Below are positions 29,455 through 37,814 of a DNA stretch of 64,000 nucleotides, in pieces (the stretch's first letter is position 1; each line of letters begins with the position of its first letter). Under the pieces are notes generated by a model. The model had not been told where the DNA came from, ran no database searches, and was given only the letters and a program-made list of their open reading frames with translations. This stretch comes from Candidatus Cloacimonadales bacterium (GTDB lineage Bacteria > Cloacimonadota > Cloacimonadia > Cloacimonadales > JAIOQZ01), in assembly GCA_963674825.1 (NCBI GenBank), contig OY771587.1, positions 2,208,001-2,272,000 of the forward strand, given 5' to 3'. A program made the position numbers and the translations under genes.

Positions 29455-30528
29455 TCATTCAGCCATGTCCAGTATAACAACTCCATTGTCTCTGGATACG
29501 ACATAGATCAAGCCGTCATAGACGGTTACTTCACGGCAGTAGCCGATTTCGGATGAGTATACGCGCTGAACGAGTTCAGGCGTTGAGGGATCAGTAACGT
29601 CAAAAATAAAGAGGCCGCCGCCGCCCATCGCCACAAACATGTAGTTGTCCATGACATCGACAGAATAGCCGTAACCATAGGACGGATTGTAGCCGGCATC
29701 TTCAAGCAGGGTTGGGTTGGTCGGATCGGAGATGTCGATCACCTGAACACCGTCCTGACGAACTGCGATATAGGCGTAGTTGCCGTTGAGTACGACATCC
29801 AGCGCTTCGCCGGATGTATCGCACCAACCGACTATCTCGAGAGTCGTGCGGCTGAGAATATAGAGTCCGAGTTGCTCGGATGTGATGTAGATATAGTTAT
29901 CGTCCATGGTGAAGTTGTTGGCATCGCCTTCAATGGTGGCTCTTATCGAACCTCTCCAGTAATAGGTGTCCGGGTACAGCGGATAATCAACGTCGATAAA
30001 GCCGTACACAAGATCGGCGTCCTGCGTCCAGAGCACTGCGATTTCGCTGTCCATTGCACCGCCAACCATTGAGTTCGGGATATCCTTCGGGTTTTCCATC
30101 ACGTAGAGGGTGCTGATTCCAAGCGTTCCACCAAGAATTGTCGTGAGGTAAACCAGAGAATCTGGATTCGCCACATCAATCACGAAGATCTCATCGGAAT
30201 TGACAGTATTGTAGAGGAACAGCGCATCGCGGTTCTCGAGATATTGAACCAGTTTTGTGCGCTGAAGACTGTTGTTGTCCAGGTAGTTCTGGCCGGCAAC
30301 TCTTTCGTAGGTCGAACGATCGTACATGGTAAATCCGTTACGATCTTCAGCGACGCAGATGGTGTTCTCGGTTATACTAATGCTTTTAGGATCACCAACG
30401 GCGGGAATGGAGCGAACAATCTGAAAAATGGATTCCTGAGTGTCCGGTGATATCGGATCTTTCTTCTCAGCGCATGACACAATCATTATAATTGCGATGG
30501 CTATCAGGATAAGGCGTTTAATGAACAT
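29455..30528 (-). CDS. LVIVD-repeat beta-propeller lipoprotein
   Basis: Lipobox IVSC; repeats YAYIA...GVQVIDISDPTNP and FVA..GGGLFIFDVTDPSTP. Confidence 0.82.
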   Translation of the reverse strand: MFIKRLILIAIAIIMIVSCAEKKDPISPDTQESIFQIVRSIPAVGDPKSISITENTICVAEDRNGFTMYDRSTYERVAGQNYLDNNSLQRTKLVQYLENRDALFLYNTVNSDEIFVIDVANPDSLVYLTTILGGTLGISTLYVMENPKDIPNSMVGGAMDSEIAVLWTQDADLVYGFIDVDYPLYPDTYYWRGSIRATIEGDANNFTMDDNYIYITSEQLGLYILSRTTLEIVGWCDTSGEALDVVLNGNYAYIAVRQDGVQVIDISDPTNPTLLEDAGYNPSYGYGYSVDVMDNYMFVAMGGGGLFIFDVTDPSTPELVQRVYSSEIGYCREVTVYDGLIYVVSRDNGVVILDMAE

Positions 30529-30701
30529 TATAGTCCTCCAGAATGACTTTTTTCTTTGAATATGATGCAAGAAATATTCCGAAATGCAGATTATGGGGAT
30601 TCACGTGGCAAGAAAAAAATGCGATTGGACTATAAGAAAATTCTGCTTGCCATAACGACCATTCAGAAAGATGATATACCAAAATGAAAAAGGAGTGAAC
30701 C

Positions 30702-31127
30702 ATGGAATCCAGAGAAATCGGATTGCATCACATCTTGCGTCTCGATCCGGGCGAAGAGATTGTGTCGTCGATTATCGCTTACTGCGAATGGCATTCAATC
30801 AATCTGGGAACCGTATCAGCTATTGGCGCTGTCAATGAAGTCAAAATCGGATTGTTCGATCCCTCGACGAAGACCTATTCTGCGCAGTTACTCAAAGGTA
30901 ACTTCGAGATTATCGCTCTTTCGGGAAGTGTCACTACGAAGGAAGAACGAGTATATCTTCATCTCCATATCGGTGTGGGCGACGAAGAACATAAAATGTA
31001 TGGTGGTCATCTTGAGAAGGGGATCGTAAGTGCTACTTGCGAGATTTTTATTCACGCCATAGAAGGCGAAGTCGATCGTGCATTCAATGATAATATCGGA
31101 CTGAATCTTCTCGAATTCAAGGATTAG
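30702..31127 (+). CDS. PPC domain (DUF296) protein
   Basis: LRLDPGEE, AIGA, FEIIALSGS, HLHI, GGHL, TCEI. Confidence 0.9.
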   Translation: MESREIGLHHILRLDPGEEIVSSIIAYCEWHSINLGTVSAIGAVNEVKIGLFDPSTKTYSAQLLKGNFEIIALSGSVTTKEERVYLHLHIGVGDEEHKMYGGHLEKGIVSATCEIFIHAIEGEVDRAFNDNIGLNLLEFKD

Positions 31128-31135
31128 GAGCTATC

Positions 31136-31330
31136 ATGAAAAAGCATTGGAAAGAATATCTTATCGGATTCCTTGCCGCATGTCTGCTGTTTACACTTCT
31201 GGGTAGCGGTCAGGCCGGAAACACCGGAAAATATCAGGTTTCGGCAACCAACACCAAGCAATATCCAGCATATATAATCATCGATACCGAAACGGGAGAA
31301 GTGGTCAAGACCGGGTATTTCGGTAATTAA
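31136..31330 (+). CDS. Small exported hypothetical protein
   Basis: AGGAG RBS; hydrophobic N-terminus; GKYQ...IIDTETGEV. Confidence 0.6.
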   Translation: MKKHWKEYLIGFLAACLLFTLLGSGQAGNTGKYQVSATNTKQYPAYIIIDTETGEVVKTGYFGN

Positions 31331-31333
31331 TCA

Positions 31334-33640
31334 GTGATTCGCATTGCTGTTCGTAACCTGATCGAGTTCGTTCTGCGGTCGGGTGATTACCGGTACGAGT
31401 TCACCGCGCCGTCCCGGCCCGTGGAGGGAACGAAGGGACATCGACGCGTTCAGAAGTCGCGACCGGAAAACTATCGTAGCGAAGTCGCCGTGTCTCGTGT
31501 ATTTCGCAAAGGCGACCTGGAGATCGAAGTTCAGGGTCGTATCGACGGGATCTACGACGAGGTGCAAGGCCCGGTCATCGACGAGATCAAGACTACCTAT
31601 GGAGAGCTTCCGGACGAGGGATACTCGCTCCACTGGGCACAAGCGAAGTTTTATGCCTGGATAATAATGCTGGAGCATAATCTCGACACCATCGATGTCC
31701 AGCTCACTTACCTGCAACTCGACACCAACCAGACGCTCGAGATACGAAGAACGTTCACGCGAGAAAAGCTTGATACCTTCTGTAACGCAATTCTGGAATC
31801 CTATACTTCTTGGGCGAAGCTGCGTAGCGATTGGGAGATCACGAAGCTTGATTCCGCTGTCGCGCTCGAATTTCCTTTCGATACGTATCGCGAAGGGCAG
31901 CGCGATCTCGCGGTTGGCGTCTGGCGCGCGATAGACGCGGGAAGACGGCTTTACGTACAGGCTCCCACCGGCATCGGCAAGACCATGGGGACCATCTTCC
32001 CTGCCGTGAAGGCCTGCGAGCGTTTCGACAAGCTCTTTTACCTCACCGCCAAGACAACCGGCAGAGCAGTGGCCGAAACCACCTTTGATATTCTACGGAC
32101 ACGTGGCCTTAGGTTTAAGACACTCACAGTCACTGCGAAAGACAAAATATGCTTCCAGCCTGGAAGTGCTTGCGTTCCGGAAGAATGCCCGTTTGCGGAA
32201 GGGTATTTCGATCGTCTGCGTGGTGCGATGGAAGATGCGCACGAGCAGGATAGCCTGAACCGTGCCACCATCGAAGAAATCGCCCGAAGGCATCGTATAT
32301 GTCCGTTCGAGTTCTCGCTGGAGATGTCGCTGTGGGCTGATGCGGTGATCTGCGATTATAACTACGTTTTCGATCCCCGAGTGTATCTCCGCAGATTCTT
32401 CCAGGAGTCCAGTGCTCCGTATCTCTTCCTGATCGACGAAGCTCATAATCTTCCCGACCGTGCCCGTGAGATGTATTCTGCAACCTTATCCAAGAAGGAA
32501 ATCATGCAACTTCGACGCGATATCAAGGATGTCTCGCCGCCGATGGCCGAGACGCTGAAATCGCTGAACAAGCACATGCTGGGCGTACGGAAATCCTTGG
32601 AAGCAGAAGAGCGAGAAGCCGTGACTGATCGTGAATTGCCCCAGGATGTGCTGCTTCTAGTGAAGAAATTCATCGGTCAAGCGGAGCTTTGGCTGGTTAC
32701 GAACCGGTTTAATGAAACGAGGCTGCAAGTATTGGATTTCTATTTCAGTTGTCTATCGTTCGTGCGAACCGCAGAACTTTTTGATGAACGCTATCTGACT
32801 CTCTACGAGAAGCACCGGGATGAATTGACCGTCACACTCTATTGCCTTGACCCATCGTATCTCCTTGGCAAGGCCATGGACAAGAGCGTTTCGGCAGTGG
32901 TCTTCTCCGCAACACTCACACCTATCGAATACTATATGGAAATTCTTGCGGCTTCACCGGAAGATAGTAGCCTTCAGCTCGAGTCGCCGTTTTCGAGAAG
33001 GAATGTGGCAGTGCTGGTTGCGAATCGTATTCCAACTACCTGGAAGCTTCGCGATCAATCCGCGCCTGATGTGGCAAGGATGATCGAATCGGCCGTGGGC
33101 AGCCGGAAAGGTAATTACATTGTCTATTTCCCATCATACCAATATATGCGTACGATACTGGAGTTAATTGATCTGCCCGATGCGGACATTATAGAGCAGG
33201 AATCTGGCCTGAGCGAGGCAGCGCGGGATGAATTTCTGGCGCGCTTTGAGGTGGGTGGTGATAATACGCGCGTCGGATTTTGTGTTATGGGCGGTGTTTT
33301 CGGTGAAGGAATAGACCTGGTTGGGGATAGGCTGGTGGGTGCGATTATCGTGGGTGTCGGGCTTCCGCAGATCAATCCACGACTGGATCTGATTCGCGAC
33401 TACTATGACGAACAGGAAGGTACTGGTTTCCAATACGCGTATATGTTTCCAGGAATGGGACGTGTTTTGCAGGCGGCTGGGCGTGTGATACGGACTGCGA
33501 CCGACAAAGGGCTGATATTTCTGATTGACGAGCGCTTCACCCATCGGCGATACATGGAGCTTTTTCCGTCACTTTGGAAAAACTGGCGACCAATCGCGAA
33601 ACCGGAGGATGTCAAGCCGCTTCTGGCAAGGTTCTGGTGA
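31334..33640 (+). CDS. DinG/Rad3(XPD)-family Fe-S DNA helicase with N-terminal PD-(D/E)XK nuclease-like domain
   Basis: GRIDG...DEIKTT; QAPTGIGKT; four Fe-S Cys; DYNY; IDEAHN; FSATL; QAAGRVIR. Confidence 0.9.
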   Translation: MIRIAVRNLIEFVLRSGDYRYEFTAPSRPVEGTKGHRRVQKSRPENYRSEVAVSRVFRKGDLEIEVQGRIDGIYDEVQGPVIDEIKTTYGELPDEGYSLHWAQAKFYAWIIMLEHNLDTIDVQLTYLQLDTNQTLEIRRTFTREKLDTFCNAILESYTSWAKLRSDWEITKLDSAVALEFPFDTYREGQRDLAVGVWRAIDAGRRLYVQAPTGIGKTMGTIFPAVKACERFDKLFYLTAKTTGRAVAETTFDILRTRGLRFKTLTVTAKDKICFQPGSACVPEECPFAEGYFDRLRGAMEDAHEQDSLNRATIEEIARRHRICPFEFSLEMSLWADAVICDYNYVFDPRVYLRRFFQESSAPYLFLIDEAHNLPDRAREMYSATLSKKEIMQLRRDIKDVSPPMAETLKSLNKHMLGVRKSLEAEEREAVTDRELPQDVLLLVKKFIGQAELWLVTNRFNETRLQVLDFYFSCLSFVRTAELFDERYLTLYEKHRDELTVTLYCLDPSYLLGKAMDKSVSAVVFSATLTPIEYYMEILAASPEDSSLQLESPFSRRNVAVLVANRIPTTWKLRDQSAPDVARMIESAVGSRKGNYIVYFPSYQYMRTILELIDLPDADIIEQESGLSEAARDEFLARFEVGGDNTRVGFCVMGGVFGEGIDLVGDRLVGAIIVGVGLPQINPRLDLIRDYYDEQEGTGFQYAYMFPGMGRVLQAAGRVIRTATDKGLIFLIDERFTHRRYMELFPSLWKNWRPIAKPEDVKPLLARFW

Positions 33641-33667
33641 TCAAAATGAAGGGTTGAAATAAAAAAA

Positions 33668-33683
33668 GTTCCATAATTGCAAC
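33668..33683. promoter_or_regulatory. Candidate repressor operator GTTCC-ATAATT-GCAAC
   Basis: Imperfect palindrome matching sites at 33701-33716 and 37468-37483. Confidence 0.6.
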
Positions 33684-33690
33684 TTTTCCC

Positions 33691-33718
33691 TTGACGTGCA
33701 ATTCCAGATATGTAACCT
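33691..33718 (+). promoter_or_regulatory. Putative sigma70 promoter of the repressor gene, overlapped by operator ATTCC-AGATAT-GTAAC (33701-33716)
   Basis: TTGACG-16 nt-TAACCT. Confidence 0.55.
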
Positions 33719-33753
33719 TTGGTTTGTTACTTGATCGAGTATAAGGAGTCTTT

Positions 33754-34422
33754 ATGAACACCGAAGCTATTGAAATCGGGATACGGCTGAGAAAGCTGAG
33801 GAAGGAAGCGGGTGTGACGATCTCGAGCATCGCCAAGACGACCGGAATCAGCAAGTCGAATCTGTCGCGTTACGAACGCGGTTTGCATCAGCCAAGTATC
33901 AAGATTCTCAGCGAGCTTGCAGATTATTTCAATGTCGATTTCGACTGGCTTGCAACGGGTGAAACCCATGAGGAACATGGATCGAATGTTACAGAGTTTC
34001 CAAATGATGCGCCCGGTCTGATCGAGATGCAGATTGTGGCGGAGATTGCCGCTGGCGATCCTGTGGAAGCAATGAACGACGAGCCGCTCGGTAGCCTCTT
34101 CGTATCCTCCAGCCTGGTCAACAACGCTCCCAGAGATTATTTTGTTTTTCGCGTCAACGGCCAGAGCATGCAGCCGACAGTCGCTCACGAAGATGTTGTC
34201 TTCATTAAGAAGATGAGCGACTGGAACCGTGCCAACCGTAAGATCGTCGCGGTAAGGCTCGAGGGCGAAATCACGCTCAAGCGGCTTCAGATGAATCCCG
34301 ATACGGGTATGATTCTCTTGATTCCGATTAATCAGGAGATGGAGACCATCATGGTGAATCCCGAAAGCGTTCGTGATATTCATCTGATCGGAGAACTGAA
34401 GACGATTATAAGAAGATTTTAG
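33754..34422 (+). CDS. XRE-HTH plus S24 peptidase repressor (LexA/CI-like)
   Basis: HTH (GISKSNLSRYERG), Ala-Gly site IAAGDP, catalytic Ser VNGQSM, catalytic Lys TLKR. Confidence 0.9.
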   Translation: MNTEAIEIGIRLRKLRKEAGVTISSIAKTTGISKSNLSRYERGLHQPSIKILSELADYFNVDFDWLATGETHEEHGSNVTEFPNDAPGLIEMQIVAEIAAGDPVEAMNDEPLGSLFVSSSLVNNAPRDYFVFRVNGQSMQPTVAHEDVVFIKKMSDWNRANRKIVAVRLEGEITLKRLQMNPDTGMILLIPINQEMETIMVNPESVRDIHLIGELKTIIRRF

Positions 34423-34460
34423 ACTGTACCGAATACATACCCTGGTAAATGTATCGCTAA

Positions 34461-34576
34461 CCCCTCTCACCCCCGAGAGGGGTCCCCTTTTCATCACTCA
34501 GTTAAGGCTGGCCCAAGTGCCGGCCTTTTTTTATATGAAGTGGAAAACAAAAAGCCCGGATTTATGTTCCAGGCTT
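34461..34576. terminator. Cluster of hairpins/terminators between convergent repressor and uvrA
   Basis: CCCCTCTC/GAGAGGGG; AAGGCTGGC/GCCGGCCTT plus T run; AAAGCCCGGA/TCCAGGCTTT with A run. Confidence 0.65.
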
Positions 34577-34598
34577 TGTTACAGTTTCTGTAATGGGA

Positions 34599-37445
34599 TT
34601 ATTTAATCTTGATTCCTTCCTGCTCGAGATGCTTTTTCAGAAAATGACCAGTGAATGAATCCGGATTTGAAGCAACTTCCTCCGGTGTACCCTGTGCGAT
34701 AATGGTTCCGCCGTTGTCTCCGCCATCGGGGCCGAGATCGATGATATAATCCGCGCTCTTGATCACATCGAGATTATGCTCGATGACGATGACGGTATTT
34801 CCTTTCTCAACGAATTTCTTCAGCACGATGAGTAGTTTTCTGATATCATCGAAGTGAAGACCGGTAGTAGGCTCGTCCAGGATATAGACGGTCTTGCCGG
34901 TACTGATGCGACTAAGCTCTTTAGCGAGCTTGATACGCTGAGCTTCGCCGCCAGACAGTGTCGTGGACGACTGCCCGACTTTGATATAATCAAGCCCGAC
35001 ATCCGCGAGCGTTTTCAGCTTGTTCTTGATTGTGGGTACATTTCCGAAGATTTCCAACGCTTCCTGTACATCCATGTCCAGTACATCCGTTATGCTTTTA
35101 CCCTTGTACTTCACGCTGAGGGTTTCAGCATTGTAACGTTGGCCTTTGCACACTTCGCACGGTACATAGAGGTCGGCAAGAAAATGCATTTCGATCTTGA
35201 TCACCCCAGCACCCTGACATGCTTCACATCTACCACCCTTGACGTTGAAGGAAAACCGTCCGGGAGAATAACCGCGGATTTTAGATGCGGGAAGTTTGGC
35301 GAAGAGGTTACGGATGGGGTCGAAGAGCTTGATATAGGTAGCCGGATTTGAACGCGGTGTTCGACCGATAGGCTGCTGATCGATGCATATAACTTTATCG
35401 AGATGCTCGTCGCCGGTAATCTCGTCATAGTCGGACTCAGGCATTCGGGCGTGATTGAGCCGATTAGCAAGCGCTGGGTAAAGCGTCTGGTTGATCAGAG
35501 AGCTTTTACCGGAACCGGAAACACCCGTGATGCAGGTGAAAACACCGAGCGGAATGTCCACATCCAGGTTTTTAAGGTTGTTCTTTCGCGCGTTCCTTAT
35601 TGAAAGGTAGCGAATTTTCTCTACCTTACGTTTCTCAGGCGTCTCGATTTTCATCTTACCCGAGAGGTACTGTCCGGTCAGCGACGCATCGATTTCCGAT
35701 ATCTCATCCAGGGTTCCCTGTGCAACGATTTCGCCTCCGAAGATTCCGGCATGCGGACCGAAATCGAGAATCTGATCTGCGCAGCGCATCATTTCTTCAT
35801 CATGCTCAACGACCAGGATAGAATTGCCAATATCACGAAGCTGCTGAAGCATGGCGATAAGTTTTCCATTGTCGCGCTGATGGAGGCCGATACTTGGCTC
35901 GTCAAGGATATACATTACGCCAACAAGGCTGCTTCCGATCTGGCTGGCAAGCCTAATACGCTGTGATTCGCCACCGGAAAGAGTGGGTGCTTGACGGTCC
36001 ATAGCGAGATAATGCAGGCCAACATTTATAAGGAAACCGAGCCGGGCGCGAATTTCTTTAAGAATCTCTTCCGCGATAATCTTCTCGTTACCTTCAAGAA
36101 TGAGGTTCGTGAAGAATGCGTGTGCTTCGGAAACAGACATGGAAGTCGTACTATCAATAGCTATGCCGTTGATCTTGACTGCCAGGCTTTCTTTGCGAAG
36201 ACGTTTACCATGACAATCGGGACAAGGCTTATTACTAATATAGCGCAGGAATTCGCGACGACGCCACTCGGACTTGGTCTCGTGCATCAGCCGTTCCATG
36301 TTTGGAATTACGCCTTCGTGCTTTGTAAGGAACTCACCGGAACCATGACTACTTTCCCACTGGATGCGGATGCGCTTGCCCTTGCTACCGTACAGTAGGA
36401 TGTCCTGAATCTTCTCAGGCAGCTTTTTCCAGGGTGTGTTGAGGTCGAAGTCGTATTCACGCATCAACTGTTTCAGATAGCGATATCGCCAACTGGTTCG
36501 TTTGTCGGACATCACACCCCAAGGAAGGACTGCGCCCTGATTGATCGTGAGGTTTTTGTTTGGGACGATCAACTCGGGATCGAACTCCATGGTGGTGCCC
36601 AGGCCGTTGCAAGTCTGGCACATTCCGATGGGGCTGTTGAATGAGAAATGCTGTGGCGTGAGTTCCGGATAGCTGATCCCGCATTTTGTGCATGCGTTGG
36701 CTTCGGACAACACTTCGTCGCGACTCTCGTCTGGATAGTCTATCTTTACACTGCCGCTGGTAATGCGTAGCGCTGTCTCGACGGAATCAGTCAGACGTGA
36801 TCGAACATCGGGTTTAATCACGAGTCGATCGATAACCAGATCGATGGTGTGCTTGCTCTTTTTATCGAGCTCGATATCCTCGGCAAGCTCGCGCATAACA
36901 CCATTGATCATCACACGCACGAAGCCTTCACGCCTCGCTTCGTCGAGTTCTTCCTTGTGGGTTCCCTTGCGGTTCTGCACAATGGGTGCGAGAATCTGAA
37001 TTCGCGTTCGTTCTGGTTTCTCCATCAGGTGATCAACGATCTGATCCACGGATTGAGAGCCCACCGGGTCGCCACAATTGTAGCAATGTTGATGCCCTAT
37101 ACGCGCGTATAATATACGTAAGTAATCGTAGATTTCGGTGACGGTACCGACCGTTGAACGCGGATTCTTGCTGGCGCTTTTCTGCTCGATGGAGATGGCG
37201 GGAGAAAGTCCTTCGATGTAATCGACTTTCGGCTTCTCCATCTGGCCGAGGAATTGTCTGGCGTATGCGGAAAGCGATTCGACATAGCGTCGCTGCCCTT
37301 CTGCATAGAGTGTATCAAACGCCAAAGAGGACTTTCCAGAGCCTGAAACACCGGTGAACACGACAAGCTTATTGCGTGGTATGGTTACATTTATGTTTTT
37401 CAGGTTGTGTTCCTGAGCGCCTTTGATAATGATTTTGGTCTTCAT
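34599..37445 (-). CDS. uvrA: Excinuclease ABC subunit A
   Basis: [36 protein letters not shown], second ABC cassette, zinc-finger Cys pairs; GGAGG RBS. Confidence 0.98.
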   Translation of the reverse strand: MKTKIIIKGAQEHNLKNINVTIPRNKLVVFTGVSGSGKSSLAFDTLYAEGQRRYVESLSAYARQFLGQMEKPKVDYIEGLSPAISIEQKSASKNPRSTVGTVTEIYDYLRILYARIGHQHCYNCGDPVGSQSVDQIVDHLMEKPERTRIQILAPIVQNRKGTHKEELDEARREGFVRVMINGVMRELAEDIELDKKSKHTIDLVIDRLVIKPDVRSRLTDSVETALRITSGSVKIDYPDESRDEVLSEANACTKCGISYPELTPQHFSFNSPIGMCQTCNGLGTTMEFDPELIVPNKNLTINQGAVLPWGVMSDKRTSWRYRYLKQLMREYDFDLNTPWKKLPEKIQDILLYGSKGKRIRIQWESSHGSGEFLTKHEGVIPNMERLMHETKSEWRRREFLRYISNKPCPDCHGKRLRKESLAVKINGIAIDSTTSMSVSEAHAFFTNLILEGNEKIIAEEILKEIRARLGFLINVGLHYLAMDRQAPTLSGGESQRIRLASQIGSSLVGVMYILDEPSIGLHQRDNGKLIAMLQQLRDIGNSILVVEHDEEMMRCADQILDFGPHAGIFGGEIVAQGTLDEISEIDASLTGQYLSGKMKIETPEKRKVEKIRYLSIRNARKNNLKNLDVDIPLGVFTCITGVSGSGKSSLINQTLYPALANRLNHARMPESDYDEITGDEHLDKVICIDQQPIGRTPRSNPATYIKLFDPIRNLFAKLPASKIRGYSPGRFSFNVKGGRCEACQGAGVIKIEMHFLADLYVPCEVCKGQRYNAETLSVKYKGKSITDVLDMDVQEALEIFGNVPTIKNKLKTLADVGLDYIKVGQSSTTLSGGEAQRIKLAKELSRISTGKTVYILDEPTTGLHFDDIRKLLIVLKKFVEKGNTVIVIEHNLDVIKSADYIIDLGPDGGDNGGTIIAQGTPEEVASNPDSFTGHFLKKHLEQEGIKIK

Positions 37446-37467
37446 CAGAGCCTCCTGACGGGTTCTT

Positions 37468-37501
37468 GTTGCAAATATGTAACGCGCGTATTTTTTGTCA
37501 A
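37468..37501 (-). promoter_or_regulatory. Putative uvrA promoter (TTGACA -35) with operator GTTAC-ATATTT-GCAAC over the -10 region
   Basis: Minus strand TTGACA at 37501-37496; palindrome at 37468-37483. Confidence 0.6.
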
Positions 37502-37658
37502 CGAGAAAAGTGACAAATGTGGAAGGAAAAAAATCCATCGCATCAGTGAAAAATATTTATAAAATGAATTTTGAAAATTGAGTGAAAGCAAGCTCAAGTA
37601 TTTCATAGTGATCTGACTCTGATAGTATCACGAAAAGAGCCTAGCTAAGAAAAAAAAA

Positions 37659-37686
37659 TTGACAAGGATAATCAGTATGGTAAATT
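37659..37686 (+). promoter_or_regulatory. Putative sigma70 promoter for the large secreted protein
   Basis: TTGACA-16 nt-TAAATT with TGG just upstream of the -10. Confidence 0.55.
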
Positions 37687-37814
37687 CAAGCTGAGTAAGT
37701 TTGAAGAGAACTGCTCTGGTCTGAGTGACGGCGGGACAGTGAGTTACGCCGGTCTCATACTTGAAAAGAGGATTGATTAGAATGAATATAAAAAAGATAG
37801 ATACTGGAGGAAGT

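Noticed and set aside
31334..31800. Cas4/CRISPR association of the nuclease-helicase
   Set aside because: No cas genes or repeat-spacer array anywhere in the window; the Cas4 Fe-S Cys pattern is not evident in the nuclease part.
33712..33730. Alternative palindrome GTAAC-N9-GTTAC as the repressor operator
   Set aside because: Not repeated at uvrA; the N6 motif explains three sites.
33754..34422. Prophage implied by a CI-like repressor
   Set aside because: No integrase, divergent cro, replication or structural phage genes; the flanks are DNA repair genes.
34578..34594. GTTAC-N7-GTAAT near the uvrA stop as another operator
   Set aside because: Wrong spacing and located in a convergent 3' region with no promoter to regulate.
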